In this document: positions 45,118 through 55,601 of the stretch, piece after piece
How positions within the stretch are numbered: position 1 is the first letter of the stretch
How the letters are laid out: each line of letters begins with the position of its first letter
Source of the DNA: a virus
Taxonomy: Duplodnaviria; Caudoviricetes
Reading direction: 5' to 3' (one strand)
DNA length: 57,295 nucleotides
IMG/VR virus record: IMGVR_UViG_3300037851_000332
Span: 1-57,295 of that record
Made by a program: the position numbers and the translations under genes
Notes under the pieces: generated by a model
Databases searched by the model: none
The model's input: the letters and a program-made list of their open reading frames with translations, nothing else
Told to the model about the DNA's origin: nothing

Positions 45118-46433
45118 GTCGTTACCTCCTGGACAGCGTTGATTCTGTCACCAACCATGACATAGACATGTTCGTCTTCATAGAGTTCGACGGTCTTTAG
45201 GGTATATACTTGATTGCGGAATATGATCTTATCCTCTAGCGTAATCTTAATTCTTTCTGTTCCAGAGCTGTTCAAATATGGTAGATCCTTGATATCAACA
45301 ATGAAAACTCGTTCATTCTTTGTGAAAGTGCCACCGTAAGCGAAGTTCTTGTTTGCAGCTAGAAATGTGAGATCGTATATGAAGTCTCGTAACTGTGATA
45401 CAGGCATACAGACTACACGCCTGATGTACGTATCTGTGTAGGGCTTAGTGGAGACTCCGGTCGTCACATCGTACGTGTTCGGCCCAGCATACTGACGAAG
45501 GTAGCCAGGCAATCCATGTGTGAACTTGACGGCATACATGGTATTACGTACCTCCGTAAGTGTGTTGCGCCATAGCCTATGCTCGTAGGGCGTGTAGATG
45601 TTGATAGCGGCGATCAGCGTCGTTGCCAACGCGGTCGCAGCATCGAACACGCCTGCGATGAAATTCGTCGCGGTACCGGTACCGGAGAGTTGAACAAAAG
45701 GCGCTGAGCCAATGAACTGGCCAACAACCTTGACCACGCCAGTCGTGGCCAGGTTCAGCACAGGGACCGTTACAGCCGAAGAACCAACGAACTTAAGACG
45801 GCCAGAGGCTGCGGCCGCAGCTGCGGGTACGGTACCGGCAAAGGCACCGACATATTCCTGGTGGCCTGTAGCCGTCGCTGTAGCCTTCGGTACAGTACCG
45901 GTGAACGACCCTGATACCTGTGAGGCGACATTGCCAGTCGCTGCCGTAGAGGCTAATGGTGAGGTACCTGACAACGAGCCTTGATATTTCAATGAGCCTG
46001 TGGCGCTCGTTGTAGCATTAGGAGTCGTACCAGCGAACGAGCCTAAATTATTGGACACCACACCCGACGCCACCATCGTGGCCTTAGGCGTAGTAGCTGC
46101 GGCAGATCCTCTGAACTCCAGTACGCCTGAGGCGATGACGCCAGCCTTAGGTACTGTTCCGTCAAACGTGCCAGTAAGCTGGAGTTGCCCACTTGCACTG
46201 ACGGTAGCCAACGGGCTCGTTCCCGCAAAAGAACCCAAATTATTGGCTACCGCTCCCGACATCGCCGCCGTGACCAGCGGCATAGACCCAGCAAACGTGC
46301 CACTAATAACCTGGGTACCGCTAGCTGTTGCAGCCGCTAGCGGAATGTTTCCAGCAAACGTGCCGGTGATACCGGAATCACCAAGAGAAATTGTCTTGGC
46401 TGACGGTGACCTTAAGGGTAATGCCACCGCCAT
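45114..46433 (-). CDS. Head-closure (stopper)-like domain with long Ala/Thr/Gly-rich repeat extension
   Basis: About 12 repeats of G.F.GT.P.AT..A.G; C-terminal YDVTTG...DKIIFRNQVY head-tail joining pattern. Confidence 0.65.
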   Translation of the reverse strand: MAVALPLRSPSAKTISLGDSGITGTFAGNIPLAAATASGTQVISGTFAGSMPLVTAAMSGAVANNLGSFAGTSPLATVSASGQLQLTGTFDGTVPKAGVIASGVLEFRGSAAATTPKATMVASGVVSNNLGSFAGTTPNATTSATGSLKYQGSLSGTSPLASTAATGNVASQVSGSFTGTVPKATATATGHQEYVGAFAGTVPAAAAAASGRLKFVGSSAVTVPVLNLATTGVVKVVGQFIGSAPFVQLSGTGTATNFIAGVFDAATALATTLIAAINIYTPYEHRLWRNTLTEVRNTMYAVKFTHGLPGYLRQYAGPNTYDVTTGVSTKPYTDTYIRRVVCMPVSQLRDFIYDLTFLAANKNFAYGGTFTKNERVFIVDIKDLPYLNSSGTERIKITLEDKIIFRNQVYTLKTVELYEDEHVYVMVGDRINAVQEVTT

Positions 46434-46436
46434 GGC

Positions 46437-48752
46437 TCAGTCTCCAAACTTGAAGGTCAGACTTTGGCCGCTCTTGGTTGTTGACTCTTTTGCTGTCGCG
46501 ATCACATCACGAGTATTGTCGTACCATGTCACGGATACCGTCCCGTCACCAGTACGGCTGCCGGTCACAAGGCGCTCCTCAGTGGCGTCATCCCGTACCT
46601 CAACGTCCACCGTCCCACCGCTTGAGCCACTGATCGTTAGACTAGTTGTAAATGTATAATCATGCCAGTTGACCCAACAATATGCGAATATCTCACGTGC
46701 GGTTGACGTCAGGGACGCCGTGCAGGCTGCGGCCACCGGATCAACCACATTGGACGCGGGATCTGTGGGCCACCGCTTCACCTTCTCCAAGCCTTCGCAG
46801 GCATGCCACCTTGGGCCCAAATTGGCGTCAGTGTTCCAACTGGTTCCGCCTTCAACCACCCAGCCCAGATTATCACCAATCTTCACAGATAGACGGGTTG
46901 TTGAACCTTGGGTAGCACCGACCAGTTCATTGACAACTGCGCCCGCGGAACTGATGAAATATGACGCCTCGTTGATATAGAATCGAAGCGATCCTGAGAC
47001 TGAGGCGGCGGCCGGAGTACCGAAGTTGGGAAAGTGGTATGCCGGAAACATGGCGGTGTTGTGTCGATTATTGGTTGCCTTATCGTAATAGTAATTGACG
47101 TAAATCATGGCCATCACGCCGCCGGCCACAGTCGGCGTGGTAGTCGCACGCGCACTGATGGTTAAGGTATTCTTACCCCTGGCAAAGCTAATGCCGGAAC
47201 CGGCAACACCGCCGGCATCGAAGCGTTGCGTGATGGACAGAGGTCCAGATACGTCCGCCGGAGTTGCGCCATAAGCGCGGGCGGTCTGGCTGCCAAACGC
47301 AAACTCCATAGTGCCAGGGTCGGCTGACTGCTGCCACGTGATTTGTGCGCCAGACTGTAGCAAACCAACATTCGTGCCCTCAACCCAAAACTCCACAGTT
47401 TTGAATGTGCGCTCCGTAGCGGCTGTTCCGGTGGTCAACGTCATCCCGACTTGCGCTGGAATAACGTCGGTATGCGTAAGGACCGTGCTGCTGGCGTGGT
47501 CATACTCGTACGTTACCACCATGAGCGCGCCGGCATGCGCAATGGTCGCGCCAGCAACATTCGTAACGCGCATCTTGAGGTCATGCGCCGCTGTAGTTGT
47601 GATATCCGCCCGGCGCCAAATACACTCCATGTAATAGTCGGACTGATTCACAGCATCAAACGGGCCGATAGTGGCTTCGCTTTCGGAATCCAATGCCAGG
47701 CCCAGCGACCAGTCGGTTGTACCTGCCTCGTTCGTGTTGAACGGCAACACAAAGTAACAATCTCGTATGGTCGGGCTTGCCTCTTTGATGAAACCACTAC
47801 TGGTCAACTGTGGCACGCCACCAGATCCACCGACCGTTTGGAGTGTTGTAGTCAGATCAGCAGTCAAACCGTCAAGAGGGATCACAAGCGTGTTCAACTG
47901 CGTCGTCAACGTATCGTCATACTCGTATGTTATGAACAACTCCCCTGTCGTGATCCAGTGACGGCCGGCCGCCGCCTCCCCTCGGTGACATTGACAGATA
48001 CGGAAATCATATTGCTTGCTGGTATCGGACGACACCCAGGCGGCGGTCATCGCAGACGTGACATCCACTTGGAACACGTCGCCGGTAGTCTCGCCCGCCG
48101 GTACGAAGTTGTTGGTTGTCGTCCACCGAGTACCGACTGTGGCCCAAGCGGCGGATCCCCATCTACCTTGCATGAACCGATGCTCGATGGCCGCGACGGA
48201 GTTGAACGAAACGCCGACGCGGAGGATGGCGTGCCGAATGGTGCGATTCACCCCAGACTCCGGAAGGTAGACAGTCCCGGATAGGGTCCGCATCTTGCCG
48301 AAGTTGATACCGGACGCAGTGCCCGCAGTAGTACGGTTCGTGGTGATGCGCTGGCGGATGTAATACAGCGATGCGGAGCCATTGACGGACGTTGTTGCCC
48401 ACGTGTCAGGTGGATCCCAATAGGAGGTACCATTATCAGCGAGGGTCCCGCCAGTCACCGTGAGTGTGGTCCATGCAGTCCCGTTCCAATACTCCCATGC
48501 AGCCGCGCCGCCGGATGGGGCAGTCGAGACATCGCAGGAGAAGCACGCAAAGACGGCAGTAGACCCGAAGTAGATGGCATCATCGACGACTGACGGCAAA
48601 GGCACGTCAGCAGTGGTCGCATTGTTGATGGCCGACGTGCGATCTGTGAACGCAGTGCCGCCAGTTAACGCCACCCAACACTGGTTGATGTCGAATGTCT
48701 CTGCGACAGTCGTGCCCAGGGAGTACCTAACTGTTTTGGTTCGGATGGCCAT
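46437..48752 (-). CDS. Large virion structural protein (head/neck appendage)
   Basis: 771 aa, Thr/Ala/Gly-rich beta protein with WEYWNGTAW motif, in the head-neck module. Confidence 0.7.
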   Translation of the reverse strand: MAIRTKTVRYSLGTTVAETFDINQCWVALTGGTAFTDRTSAINNATTADVPLPSVVDDAIYFGSTAVFACFSCDVSTAPSGGAAAWEYWNGTAWTTLTVTGGTLADNGTSYWDPPDTWATTSVNGSASLYYIRQRITTNRTTAGTASGINFGKMRTLSGTVYLPESGVNRTIRHAILRVGVSFNSVAAIEHRFMQGRWGSAAWATVGTRWTTTNNFVPAGETTGDVFQVDVTSAMTAAWVSSDTSKQYDFRICQCHRGEAAAGRHWITTGELFITYEYDDTLTTQLNTLVIPLDGLTADLTTTLQTVGGSGGVPQLTSSGFIKEASPTIRDCYFVLPFNTNEAGTTDWSLGLALDSESEATIGPFDAVNQSDYYMECIWRRADITTTAAHDLKMRVTNVAGATIAHAGALMVVTYEYDHASSTVLTHTDVIPAQVGMTLTTGTAATERTFKTVEFWVEGTNVGLLQSGAQITWQQSADPGTMEFAFGSQTARAYGATPADVSGPLSITQRFDAGGVAGSGISFARGKNTLTISARATTTPTVAGGVMAMIYVNYYYDKATNNRHNTAMFPAYHFPNFGTPAAASVSGSLRFYINEASYFISSAGAVVNELVGATQGSTTRLSVKIGDNLGWVVEGGTSWNTDANLGPRWHACEGLEKVKRWPTDPASNVVDPVAAACTASLTSTAREIFAYCWVNWHDYTFTTSLTISGSSGGTVDVEVRDDATEERLVTGSRTGDGTVSVTWYDNTRDVIATAKESTTKSGQSLTFKFGD

Positions 48753-48806
48753 GTCTTCTCCGCATTAAATGGTGGCCCGCCTAACAGGCCACCTTGATAT
48801 GTAATA

Positions 48807-48983
48807 TCAGTTAGGGATAATTAACCGGTGCAATAGCTGCTTACGTTCAGTAGGGCTCAGCGCCCTCCACGACTCAAAGCTCAAATTGGCAAGTTTCCAT
48901 GGCTCAGAAATTACCTGGCCTTTCGCAGCAACCTTGAAGTCCGGGACCGTGAACTTGTAGCCACGATAGTCTAGGTCGGTCAT
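48807..48983 (-). CDS. Small hypothetical protein (58 aa, below ORF-track cutoff)
   Basis: MTDLDYRGYKFTVPDF...IIPN; ATGA-coupled to the upstream gene. Confidence 0.5.
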   Translation of the reverse strand: MTDLDYRGYKFTVPDFKVAAKGQVISEPWKLANLSFESWRALSPTERKQLLHRLIIPN

Positions 48984-49369
48984 GACGCAGGCTGAGTCAC
49001 TGTCATGCTGGTGATCGAAACTACCGCGCCAAGGCTGATTGAAACGCTATTCAGGATCAGGTCAGCGCCCGATGTGCCAATTGTGAACTCGAATACGGTC
49101 GCTAAGTCGCGGTCGACGACCCGCCCGACAGCAGCGTCCCCCGCCGCAGGGGCCGACGTCTCGTCGGCAATAGCATTAGCAGTGGCAACGCCACTGGCCG
49201 CAGCACCGAAAGCAGGATTTGCAAAGTCGCACTCAAATAGCATCGAGGCGAACGCAGCAGTATAGCCACGGATCTTGCCATTGGCATTCGTGCTGCCGGC
49301 ATCTATAGCGTCAACAAGAGCATTGCACATGCTATTGCGAACGCCCGTGGCTATATTATTGATGCTCAT
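48980..49369 (-). CDS. Virion structural protein
   Basis: RNSMCNALVDAIDAG...AFGAAASG...GTSGADLIL pattern common in phage neck/head-associated proteins; GGAGG RBS. Confidence 0.7.
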   Translation of the reverse strand: MSINNIATGVRNSMCNALVDAIDAGSTNANGKIRGYTAAFASMLFECDFANPAFGAAASGVATANAIADETSAPAAGDAAVGRVVDRDLATVFEFTIGTSGADLILNSVSISLGAVVSITSMTVTQPAS

Positions 49370-49706
49370 GAAGCCCTCCAAGGTTGTGTTGTACCCTAGC
49401 GACACATTCGTGATTGGCCCAATTTTCAGAGATCGTTTTGAGTGCCATGGTTGCTACCTTGGCAAGCTCTTTTGTCTCTTTATTATCTCTGTCCTCAAGG
49501 TCTCGTAGGCGCTGAACCAGATTTGCACGCTCAGCGTTATCGGCTTTGGCCCTGGACCAGTCCCGCAGCACGAAATAGATAAGCAGTACAACCGTGATAC
49601 CGTATCGCTCCACCAAGTCTGCTATCTGCCCAACTTGAGTCGGCTCAGCCGCTGCAAGGGCACCAAAGAATCCGAGGACCGCTAATATGTCGTAGAGCTT
49701 GGTCAT
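49356..49706 (-). CDS. Holin-like membrane protein
   Basis: Hydrophobic N-terminal segments followed by a coiled coil. Confidence 0.5.
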   Translation of the reverse strand: MTKLYDILAVLGFFGALAAAEPTQVGQIADLVERYGITVVLLIYFVLRDWSRAKADNAERANLVQRLRDLEDRDNKETKELAKVATMALKTISENWANHECVARVQHNLGGLHEHQ

Positions 49707-49712
49707 AAGGAA

Positions 49713-49740
49713 AGCCCGGCCTAGTTTCCTAGGCCGGGCT
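49713..49740 (-). terminator. Hairpin/terminator after the capsid gene
   Basis: AGCCCGGCCTAG/CTAGGCCGGGCT 12-bp stem. Confidence 0.6.
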
Positions 49741-49749
49741 AGTTTCCTA

Positions 49750-51102
49750 TTACGACACCACCGGGGCGATCATGCGGCTGTCAAGGACCTTGACACCGCA
49801 CAGCATGTCGAGGGTCACGCGAGTGCCCTGATACTGAGAATCATAGTCCATAGTGACACGAACGCTGATTCCGTTGAAGTTCATCACAGCAGTCCGCACG
49901 GCAGCGGCCGGAGTGGCCAGCGGACGGTTGACGAACGCGATTGCATTCTTGTGGAACGCCATGCCGAAGTCGCCATTCGGGCCAAGACCCAGCACAGCAT
50001 TATCAGCCAGGCCAGCAGCCAGCGAACGCTCCAGGAACATCTCGGAGCTAGACGGGCTGTCAAGGATGCTGTACTTGTTGCTGGAGGCGTCACTCACCAG
50101 CTGCCCCTTCTTGAGGGTGTAGCCGGCCGTATCGTAAGCGATGGCCTTGTTGTAGCCGGCCGAGTAGCCAGCCACCAGGTTCACCGCGCCGACAGCGTAC
50201 ACACGTATCACGGCATTGTCCGCCACAGCCTCGACCAAGCCGCTTTCAATGGTCAGCTGGGTGGGAGTAGCACCACCGACGGTAGCGGTGATGCGATACG
50301 CCTTGCCATCGACTGTGCACCACGAACCGTTGGCGATAGCGGCGCTGAACCCGTCAACAGTCAGGACAGTCGTACCGGCAGCGTAGCCGCTGGCGTAGTT
50401 GATGGCACCTGCCACGTCGCTAACACCGCTGATCGACGGGGCATTCTGGCAAGCATAGATATTGAAACCATACTTGCGTCCCAGCGAGCCCTCGCGCAGG
50501 GCGGTGCCCTCATCGCCGATCTTCTCGGCACTGGTGAACGCTTCCAGGTTCAAAAGCGCAGCCTCTTGAGCCGGGGTGATGACCATGCTGCGCATAGCGC
50601 CGGGAACACGGTTGGTCTCCAGCCTCTGACGAGCGGCCACAACGGCCGACACATTCAGCGGAGTGCCGACCTTGCCGACCTGGTAAGCGAGGGCCTGGTA
50701 GACCTGGCCCAACACGATCTGGTCAGCGGCCTCGGCCAGCGAGCTAGCCGCGGGAGCCAGGTACTCGTTGACCAATTGCTTGAACGACTTGCTGCCTTCG
50801 CCATCATAAATGATGAAGGTAGTGTGCAGGTGCTGATCCATGGGCACCTGAATGCTGGTGGCAGTCGCGTCCTGCACAGTCACAGCATCCCCATCCACCT
50901 TGCGCTTGGCCGAGAAGGTGGCCGGGCGCCGGGTATTGACCAGATCACCCACACGGGCGACCTCGTTCTCAAAGTCCCGATGGACCAGCTGGGTCGCGAC
51001 CATGCGCGATTCCAGGATCATCAGGGTCTCCTGCGCCCACATCTCCGGGACGTAGGCATCGTTGCTGTTCGCGTAGGCGCGAATAGGCTGAGTCTTGGAC
51101 AT
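49750..51102 (-). CDS. Major capsid protein (P22 coat-like HK97 fold with insertion domain)
   Basis: PEMWAQETL, LVHRDFENE, GD.V, GRKYGFNIY, AFHKNAIA, LDMLCGVK. Confidence 0.9.
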   Translation of the reverse strand: MSKTQPIRAYANSNDAYVPEMWAQETLMILESRMVATQLVHRDFENEVARVGDLVNTRRPATFSAKRKVDGDAVTVQDATATSIQVPMDQHLHTTFIIYDGEGSKSFKQLVNEYLAPAASSLAEAADQIVLGQVYQALAYQVGKVGTPLNVSAVVAARQRLETNRVPGAMRSMVITPAQEAALLNLEAFTSAEKIGDEGTALREGSLGRKYGFNIYACQNAPSISGVSDVAGAINYASGYAAGTTVLTVDGFSAAIANGSWCTVDGKAYRITATVGGATPTQLTIESGLVEAVADNAVIRVYAVGAVNLVAGYSAGYNKAIAYDTAGYTLKKGQLVSDASSNKYSILDSPSSSEMFLERSLAAGLADNAVLGLGPNGDFGMAFHKNAIAFVNRPLATPAAAVRTAVMNFNGISVRVTMDYDSQYQGTRVTLDMLCGVKVLDSRMIAPVVS

Positions 51103-51129
51103 GTCGATACTCCGTATCTGTTAGGTTGA

Positions 51130-51852
51130 TTACTCGAAACGACCTTCGCGACGAGCTTTCCGATAGGCTTCGGGATCGGACTTGGCAAGATCAGCGAGGG
51201 ACTTCCCCTTGCTATTGCCAGTATTACCCAGCCCTCCGGTTCCAGAACCCTGGAATAGATTTTGGAAATCAGGCAACTCGGCCATTTTCTTAACGGCCTC
51301 GGCAGGTGCCAGTTCCAATTCGATAGGTTTGCCGCTAGTGTCCAACGTCCGCAGCTTGGTCTTAACGGCAAGTTCGCCGGTGGGCTTGCCCTGCTCATCT
51401 AGGACTTCCACCAAACGAGTATCACGTTCAAGGATTGCGACGATCTGACTCGGATTGTACGCCTTGTTCGACGCAGCAGCGTCGGTCAAGTCGCGCTTGA
51501 TAGTTGAAGTCTCGAACTTGGTTCGCCAGGCCTTGACCTCGTTGGTCAGACGCTCCTCAGTTTCTCTGGCGAGTTTCTGAGCCTTGGCGACTTCCTGTCG
51601 AGCTAGTTCCTCTTTCGACATGCCTTCCGTCCTGAGGGCTTCGATACGAGCTTCGAGAGCCGTACGGTCCTCGGCGGTCAGCTTACTTTTCTGCTTAAGG
51701 GCCTCCAGTTCCTGAGCGGTCTTCTGAGCAGTGTCCTGGGCCTTCTTCCGCTCGGCAGCCACCAACTGCTCTACCTGTTCTTTGGTGAACATGGTAGGCT
51801 CAGTCTTGGGCTCTGTACCTTCAAAGGCCCGAATCGTGCGATGCTTAGTCAT
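51130..51852 (-). CDS. Capsid scaffolding protein
   Basis: FTKEQV, coiled coil, Gly-rich linker, C-terminal YRKARR; precedes the capsid gene. Confidence 0.85.
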   Translation of the reverse strand: MTKHRTIRAFEGTEPKTEPTMFTKEQVEQLVAAERKKAQDTAQKTAQELEALKQKSKLTAEDRTALEARIEALRTEGMSKEELARQEVAKAQKLARETEERLTNEVKAWRTKFETSTIKRDLTDAAASNKAYNPSQIVAILERDTRLVEVLDEQGKPTGELAVKTKLRTLDTSGKPIELELAPAEAVKKMAELPDFQNLFQGSGTGGLGNTGNSKGKSLADLAKSDPEAYRKARREGRFE

Positions 51853-51862
51853 GGTTGTCCTT

Positions 51863-52321
51863 TCAGACTCGTACGAGTTGCATTTCCCACGGTGAACGCA
51901 GATAGGGCTGGAGGTATCTCCAAGCCTCGATACTTGGTATCCCTGCTACGATATGAAGGGGTGGGTCACGCAAATCGTATGTGGTTTTGAGCTTCCCAAT
52001 CTCTTGGGTTGCCATATTGAGATTCCTGAAATCGATTTCAGGATCGTTACCGTCCAGTAGTGCGAGAGCTAACTCGCACGTAGCGTAGATAATATCGTCG
52101 GGTACTGTGGTGTCCGGATCGCGTGGGAACTCATTCCCTTGTGCTGGGTCAGTCTTCGTTCCAAGGAAGTTGAGTCTGTCGATGATGCGTGTTGCGTGTG
52201 CAAGAGCTTTGTCTTTGACGGTGTCGCCGTCTGGATTAGTCGGAATACGCGTCCAGACCTCTGCATGCAGATGCTCCGCGAAATAGGTATCGGCATCCGT
52301 CCGATCTGCATAGGCAGTCAT
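51863..52321 (-). CDS. Head-tail adaptor (DnaT-like/gp15-like)
   Basis: YA....ADTYF, ATRIID, EFPR, VPDDI..ATCELA. Confidence 0.8.
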   Translation of the reverse strand: MTAYADRTDADTYFAEHLHAEVWTRIPTNPDGDTVKDKALAHATRIIDRLNFLGTKTDPAQGNEFPRDPDTTVPDDIIYATCELALALLDGNDPEIDFRNLNMATQEIGKLKTTYDLRDPPLHIVAGIPSIEAWRYLQPYLRSPWEMQLVRV

Positions 52322-53955
52322 TTGCGTACCCTCTTTTTGCCGTCGGTATCCGTATCAGCAGATTGAGAGGTTTTCTTCTCATCCTCGCCGGCGTTATCGT
52401 TGGTGCTCATATCAGCTACACCGCGGGCGCCAGCTTCCGACTGGGCCAACGCGATACGGGCTGCACGTTCGGCATGATCTTTCTTAGCCTGTTCGACTTC
52501 ACCAGCCGGATACAGTCGAGCGGTACTGGCCGTTTCCGTCGATACAAAACCAGCCTCGTGATCGCTGCGAATGACCTCAGGATCGATCACCACGACTTCG
52601 GCCTTATCTATCTCTGATTCGATCTTGGTCATCTGCTCAGTCGAGATACGCGTACCAATAGTCAGTCGGGCCGCATGCTTGGCAGCCTCCTTCTGGTAGC
52701 TGATAGAGGGGATCTTCGCCGCGAGTGTGATACTTGAATCCGCTTCCTTATGGCGCTCCTCATCAGTCTTGAGTGTGTATTTGCTTGGATAAGATACAAC
52801 CGCAGGCTTGTCGCCGACGTAGGCCGCCCAAATCTCGGCGATGTGTCGCTCGCCCTTCTCCAGCACAGCGCCGATGAAGGACAAACCGGCCTCTAGGCCC
52901 TGCTGATCCTTGTCCTTTGAGTCAGACGAGGACCGCTGCGGAGCCAGGTTGGTGAGGGCCATGCTGAGCAGTTGTCGGATTTCCCGCTTCAACTGCTCTT
53001 GCTTCTCCATCGACACCTGCATAGGCTCAGGGGAGGGATGTATGAAGCCGGGCCGCTCAGCCGCAGGCGGATATGCGATACCTGTGCTGGCCCCAGCGGC
53101 CACGGTACGGGTACCAGACGCAGCAGGTGCAGCACCGTCCGATGACTGCTTGGCAAAGATATTGTCCTTGCCAGAGACCTGCTGAGTGAAGATCGGGAAG
53201 TTACTCTTGATCGCATAGCTCAAGTCGCTGGACGCGAGGTTGAGCAGTGCGATCTGGTAATCCGCGATGTCCGTCAGCAATGATTCGGGAAGCTCGAAGA
53301 TTGCAACCGGAATCATAGGCAGGTTCAGGAACGATTCGTCGATACTTTCACCTTGCTGACGCGTGACCTGGACGCCACCTGGTACGCGTACCAACGTCAG
53401 AGTCTCGTACTCGTCCTTCGTCGTAGCGAGTCCAGCATCATCGACGACAGGGTAAGACCGCTTGAGTCGGATCGCACGCAGTGAGCCATCGCGGTCCTTG
53501 GAGTAGGCATCGATATCTTCCAACACGTAGTGGTAGAGATACGGACTGGATTTGGACTGGTCGGCCTTCGTGATGCCCGGATTCGGATCCCGATCCACGA
53601 ACACTGCGACCTGACTAGCGACCAGTAGTTCCGGAAGAATCGTGCTGGCGATGTATGTGTTCATACTATCGCCATTGCTCACGCCGGTGTTTTGCCCATA
53701 TACAGCTCTCTGATACGAGGAATCTCCACCGACGCGCGTCACGTCGGATAGACGTTCCGCGATGGCGTTAATAACTTCCCGCACAGCGAGCTTGCTATGG
53801 GCTGGGCAGTACGTGAACGACTTGCGGACGGTGAAATCGTCGTCGGTTTCACGGCTACTGAACCGTTGCAAATACTCGTTGACGAACGTTATCCCACCCT
53901 CGTAGGTGAGGCGGTACTTAGACAGGTCTTGTACCCATTTAGGATTCATAGTCAA
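52318..53955 (-). CDS. Portal protein
   Basis: 545 aa directly after TerL; YEGG..F...YL, RE....F..RK, acidic disordered tail. Confidence 0.85.
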   Translation of the reverse strand: MTMNPKWVQDLSKYRLTYEGGITFVNEYLQRFSSRETDDDFTVRKSFTYCPAHSKLAVREVINAIAERLSDVTRVGGDSSYQRAVYGQNTGVSNGDSMNTYIASTILPELLVASQVAVFVDRDPNPGITKADQSKSSPYLYHYVLEDIDAYSKDRDGSLRAIRLKRSYPVVDDAGLATTKDEYETLTLVRVPGGVQVTRQQGESIDESFLNLPMIPVAIFELPESLLTDIADYQIALLNLASSDLSYAIKSNFPIFTQQVSGKDNIFAKQSSDGAAPAASGTRTVAAGASTGIAYPPAAERPGFIHPSPEPMQVSMEKQEQLKREIRQLLSMALTNLAPQRSSSDSKDKDQQGLEAGLSFIGAVLEKGERHIAEIWAAYVGDKPAVVSYPSKYTLKTDEERHKEADSSITLAAKIPSISYQKEAAKHAARLTIGTRISTEQMTKIESEIDKAEVVVIDPEVIRSDHEAGFVSTETASTARLYPAGEVEQAKKDHAERAARIALAQSEAGARGVADMSTNDNAGEDEKKTSQSADTDTDGKKRVRK

Positions 53956-55601
53956 AGCATCCTCACCACAAGGGGTTGCGGATCGAACAGGTCGGCAGCG
54001 AGTGGCAGAGCAATTTCACAGTAGTTGTGGGCGTGAGCATAGTGGTCCGCTCGTTCACCGCTAACATATCGTCCGACTGGATTGCCCAATTTGTCCTTAT
54101 CATAGATACGTTTCGGAACCTGTATCTGAGCACAGTAGTCTGGCTCGACGTTGAAGGGGATATTGATTGCCCCTTTAATGAACCGACCCAAAGAGAGATC
54201 GAGCCACACGGTACGGTCTACCGTGATGGTATGTTCGTCCTCGGCGTGAACCGAGATCTGGCGTGTATTGGTCGTTGTACCATAGAAGCACAACTTAACC
54301 CGTCCATTGTGTCGGCAGGCGAACTCGTACGCCTTGCGACGTTCGGGGTTCGCGTCGATCACGCAGAACGTGACCTTGTACTGCGCCATGAGTGTGTCAA
54401 GGTCTTCAAAGTTGAGGACCGTGCAAGCATGCAAAACCTTGGGTCGAGCCGCGAGGGATATATCGTTTGAGCCACCTACATGGCTCCATTGGGCTATCTC
54501 GACGTGAAGGAACTTACCAACGTCCACGCCCATCGTCACGATATTGGTATCAGGAGCAGAGCCAGTGGGGTAGTTGAGCTTCGCGCGGACCAGGTCCTCG
54601 TGAGTGACCGAGCAACCCTTGACAGCGTGTGGCATGCCCCACTTGGAATTATAGTATTCCTGCTCGTCGGATGGGTTGGTCTGGGCCTTCAAGAACGAGA
54701 TCGCCAGTTCGTGAGGGCGAATCACGCACGAGTAGTGCTGAGGGATCCAGTAGCCAGACACCGAGCGGTTGGTGTAGGTCGGCACCCACAGGCCCTTGCC
54801 GAGCATCTGTGCCTTGGCCCGACGGTCGTCGGGGAGGCGGGCTTTACATGCTGGGCAGACCAGGTGCGAATCGCGTATGCTATCATGACCCCAGTGATCC
54901 GCCGTGACGATCAGGCATTCGGGAGTGATCTCCACTCTGCGTGAGCATGCTGGGCACGGGAACATGAAGTGTTTCTGGTCCGAGATATCGTACTCGGCGT
55001 CGATGCCGAATAGCGGTAGCGTCGGGGTGCTGATCTCGAAAATCTGCTTACTGGTTTGGCCGGAGGTACGTTCTTTGCCCAACACAACGTTGGCCTGATT
55101 CATTTCGTCGAACTCGTCGAAAATAACGTACCCTGCCGGCACGGACTTGAGCTGACTCCTGGACCGTGAGCCACGGATATAGAGGTTGGCGCTGCCGGCA
55201 CGTTTGTGGCCGATGTTCTTAACGTCAGAGAACAGATTCTGCAAGTGATCGGACAATTCGAGGGCTGGATCGAAGCGCGCCGTCGAGAAGTCCGTCGCGT
55301 CCGGCGTAGCTGCTGGGAGGACATAGAGGACTGACACGCCCAAGATGTCGATCTTGTAGAACGTGCGGTTAAGGGCAACCTCAGTGAAGCCCATCTGGGC
55401 TGCCTTGCGGCCGACCACAACTTCGGAATTGTCATCGTGCATCTGGCGAGTCCACGGATGATGCTCGAAGGACCACGGACCTGGGAAGGGCTGGCCCATG
55501 ACACGATACTTAAGTGCCCACTCCGAACAGCTTTTGACGCTTTGCCGGCGCAGTCCGCCGCTTATGCGGTCGGACATTAGTTGCAACAGATTACTGGCCA
55601 T
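53952..55601 (-). CDS. terL: Terminase large subunit (lambda gpA family)
   Basis: KAAQMGFTE, FDEFD, ISTPT, CPAC/CPAC zinc finger, MGVDVG nuclease motif. Confidence 0.92.
   Translation of the reverse strand: MASNLLQLMSDRISGGLRRQSVKSCSEWALKYRVMGQPFPGPWSFEHHPWTRQMHDDNSEVVVGRKAAQMGFTEVALNRTFYKIDILGVSVLYVLPAATPDATDFSTARFDPALELSDHLQNLFSDVKNIGHKRAGSANLYIRGSRSRSQLKSVPAGYVIFDEFDEMNQANVVLGKERTSGQTSKQIFEISTPTLPLFGIDAEYDISDQKHFMFPCPACSRRVEITPECLIVTADHWGHDSIRDSHLVCPACKARLPDDRRAKAQMLGKGLWVPTYTNRSVSGYWIPQHYSCVIRPHELAISFLKAQTNPSDEQEYYNSKWGMPHAVKGCSVTHEDLVRAKLNYPTGSAPDTNIVTMGVDVGKFLHVEIAQWSHVGGSNDISLAARPKVLHACTVLNFEDLDTLMAQYKVTFCVIDANPERRKAYEFACRHNGRVKLCFYGTTTNTRQISVHAEDEHTITVDRTVWLDLSLGRFIKGAINIPFNVEPDYCAQIQVPKRIYDKDKLGNPVGRYVSGERADHYAHAHNYCEIALPLAADLFDPQPLVVRML

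Noticed and set aside
49699-51129. 476-aa + strand ORF antisense to the capsid gene
   Set aside because: Shadow ORF mirroring a highly biased gene; no recognisable domain or RBS
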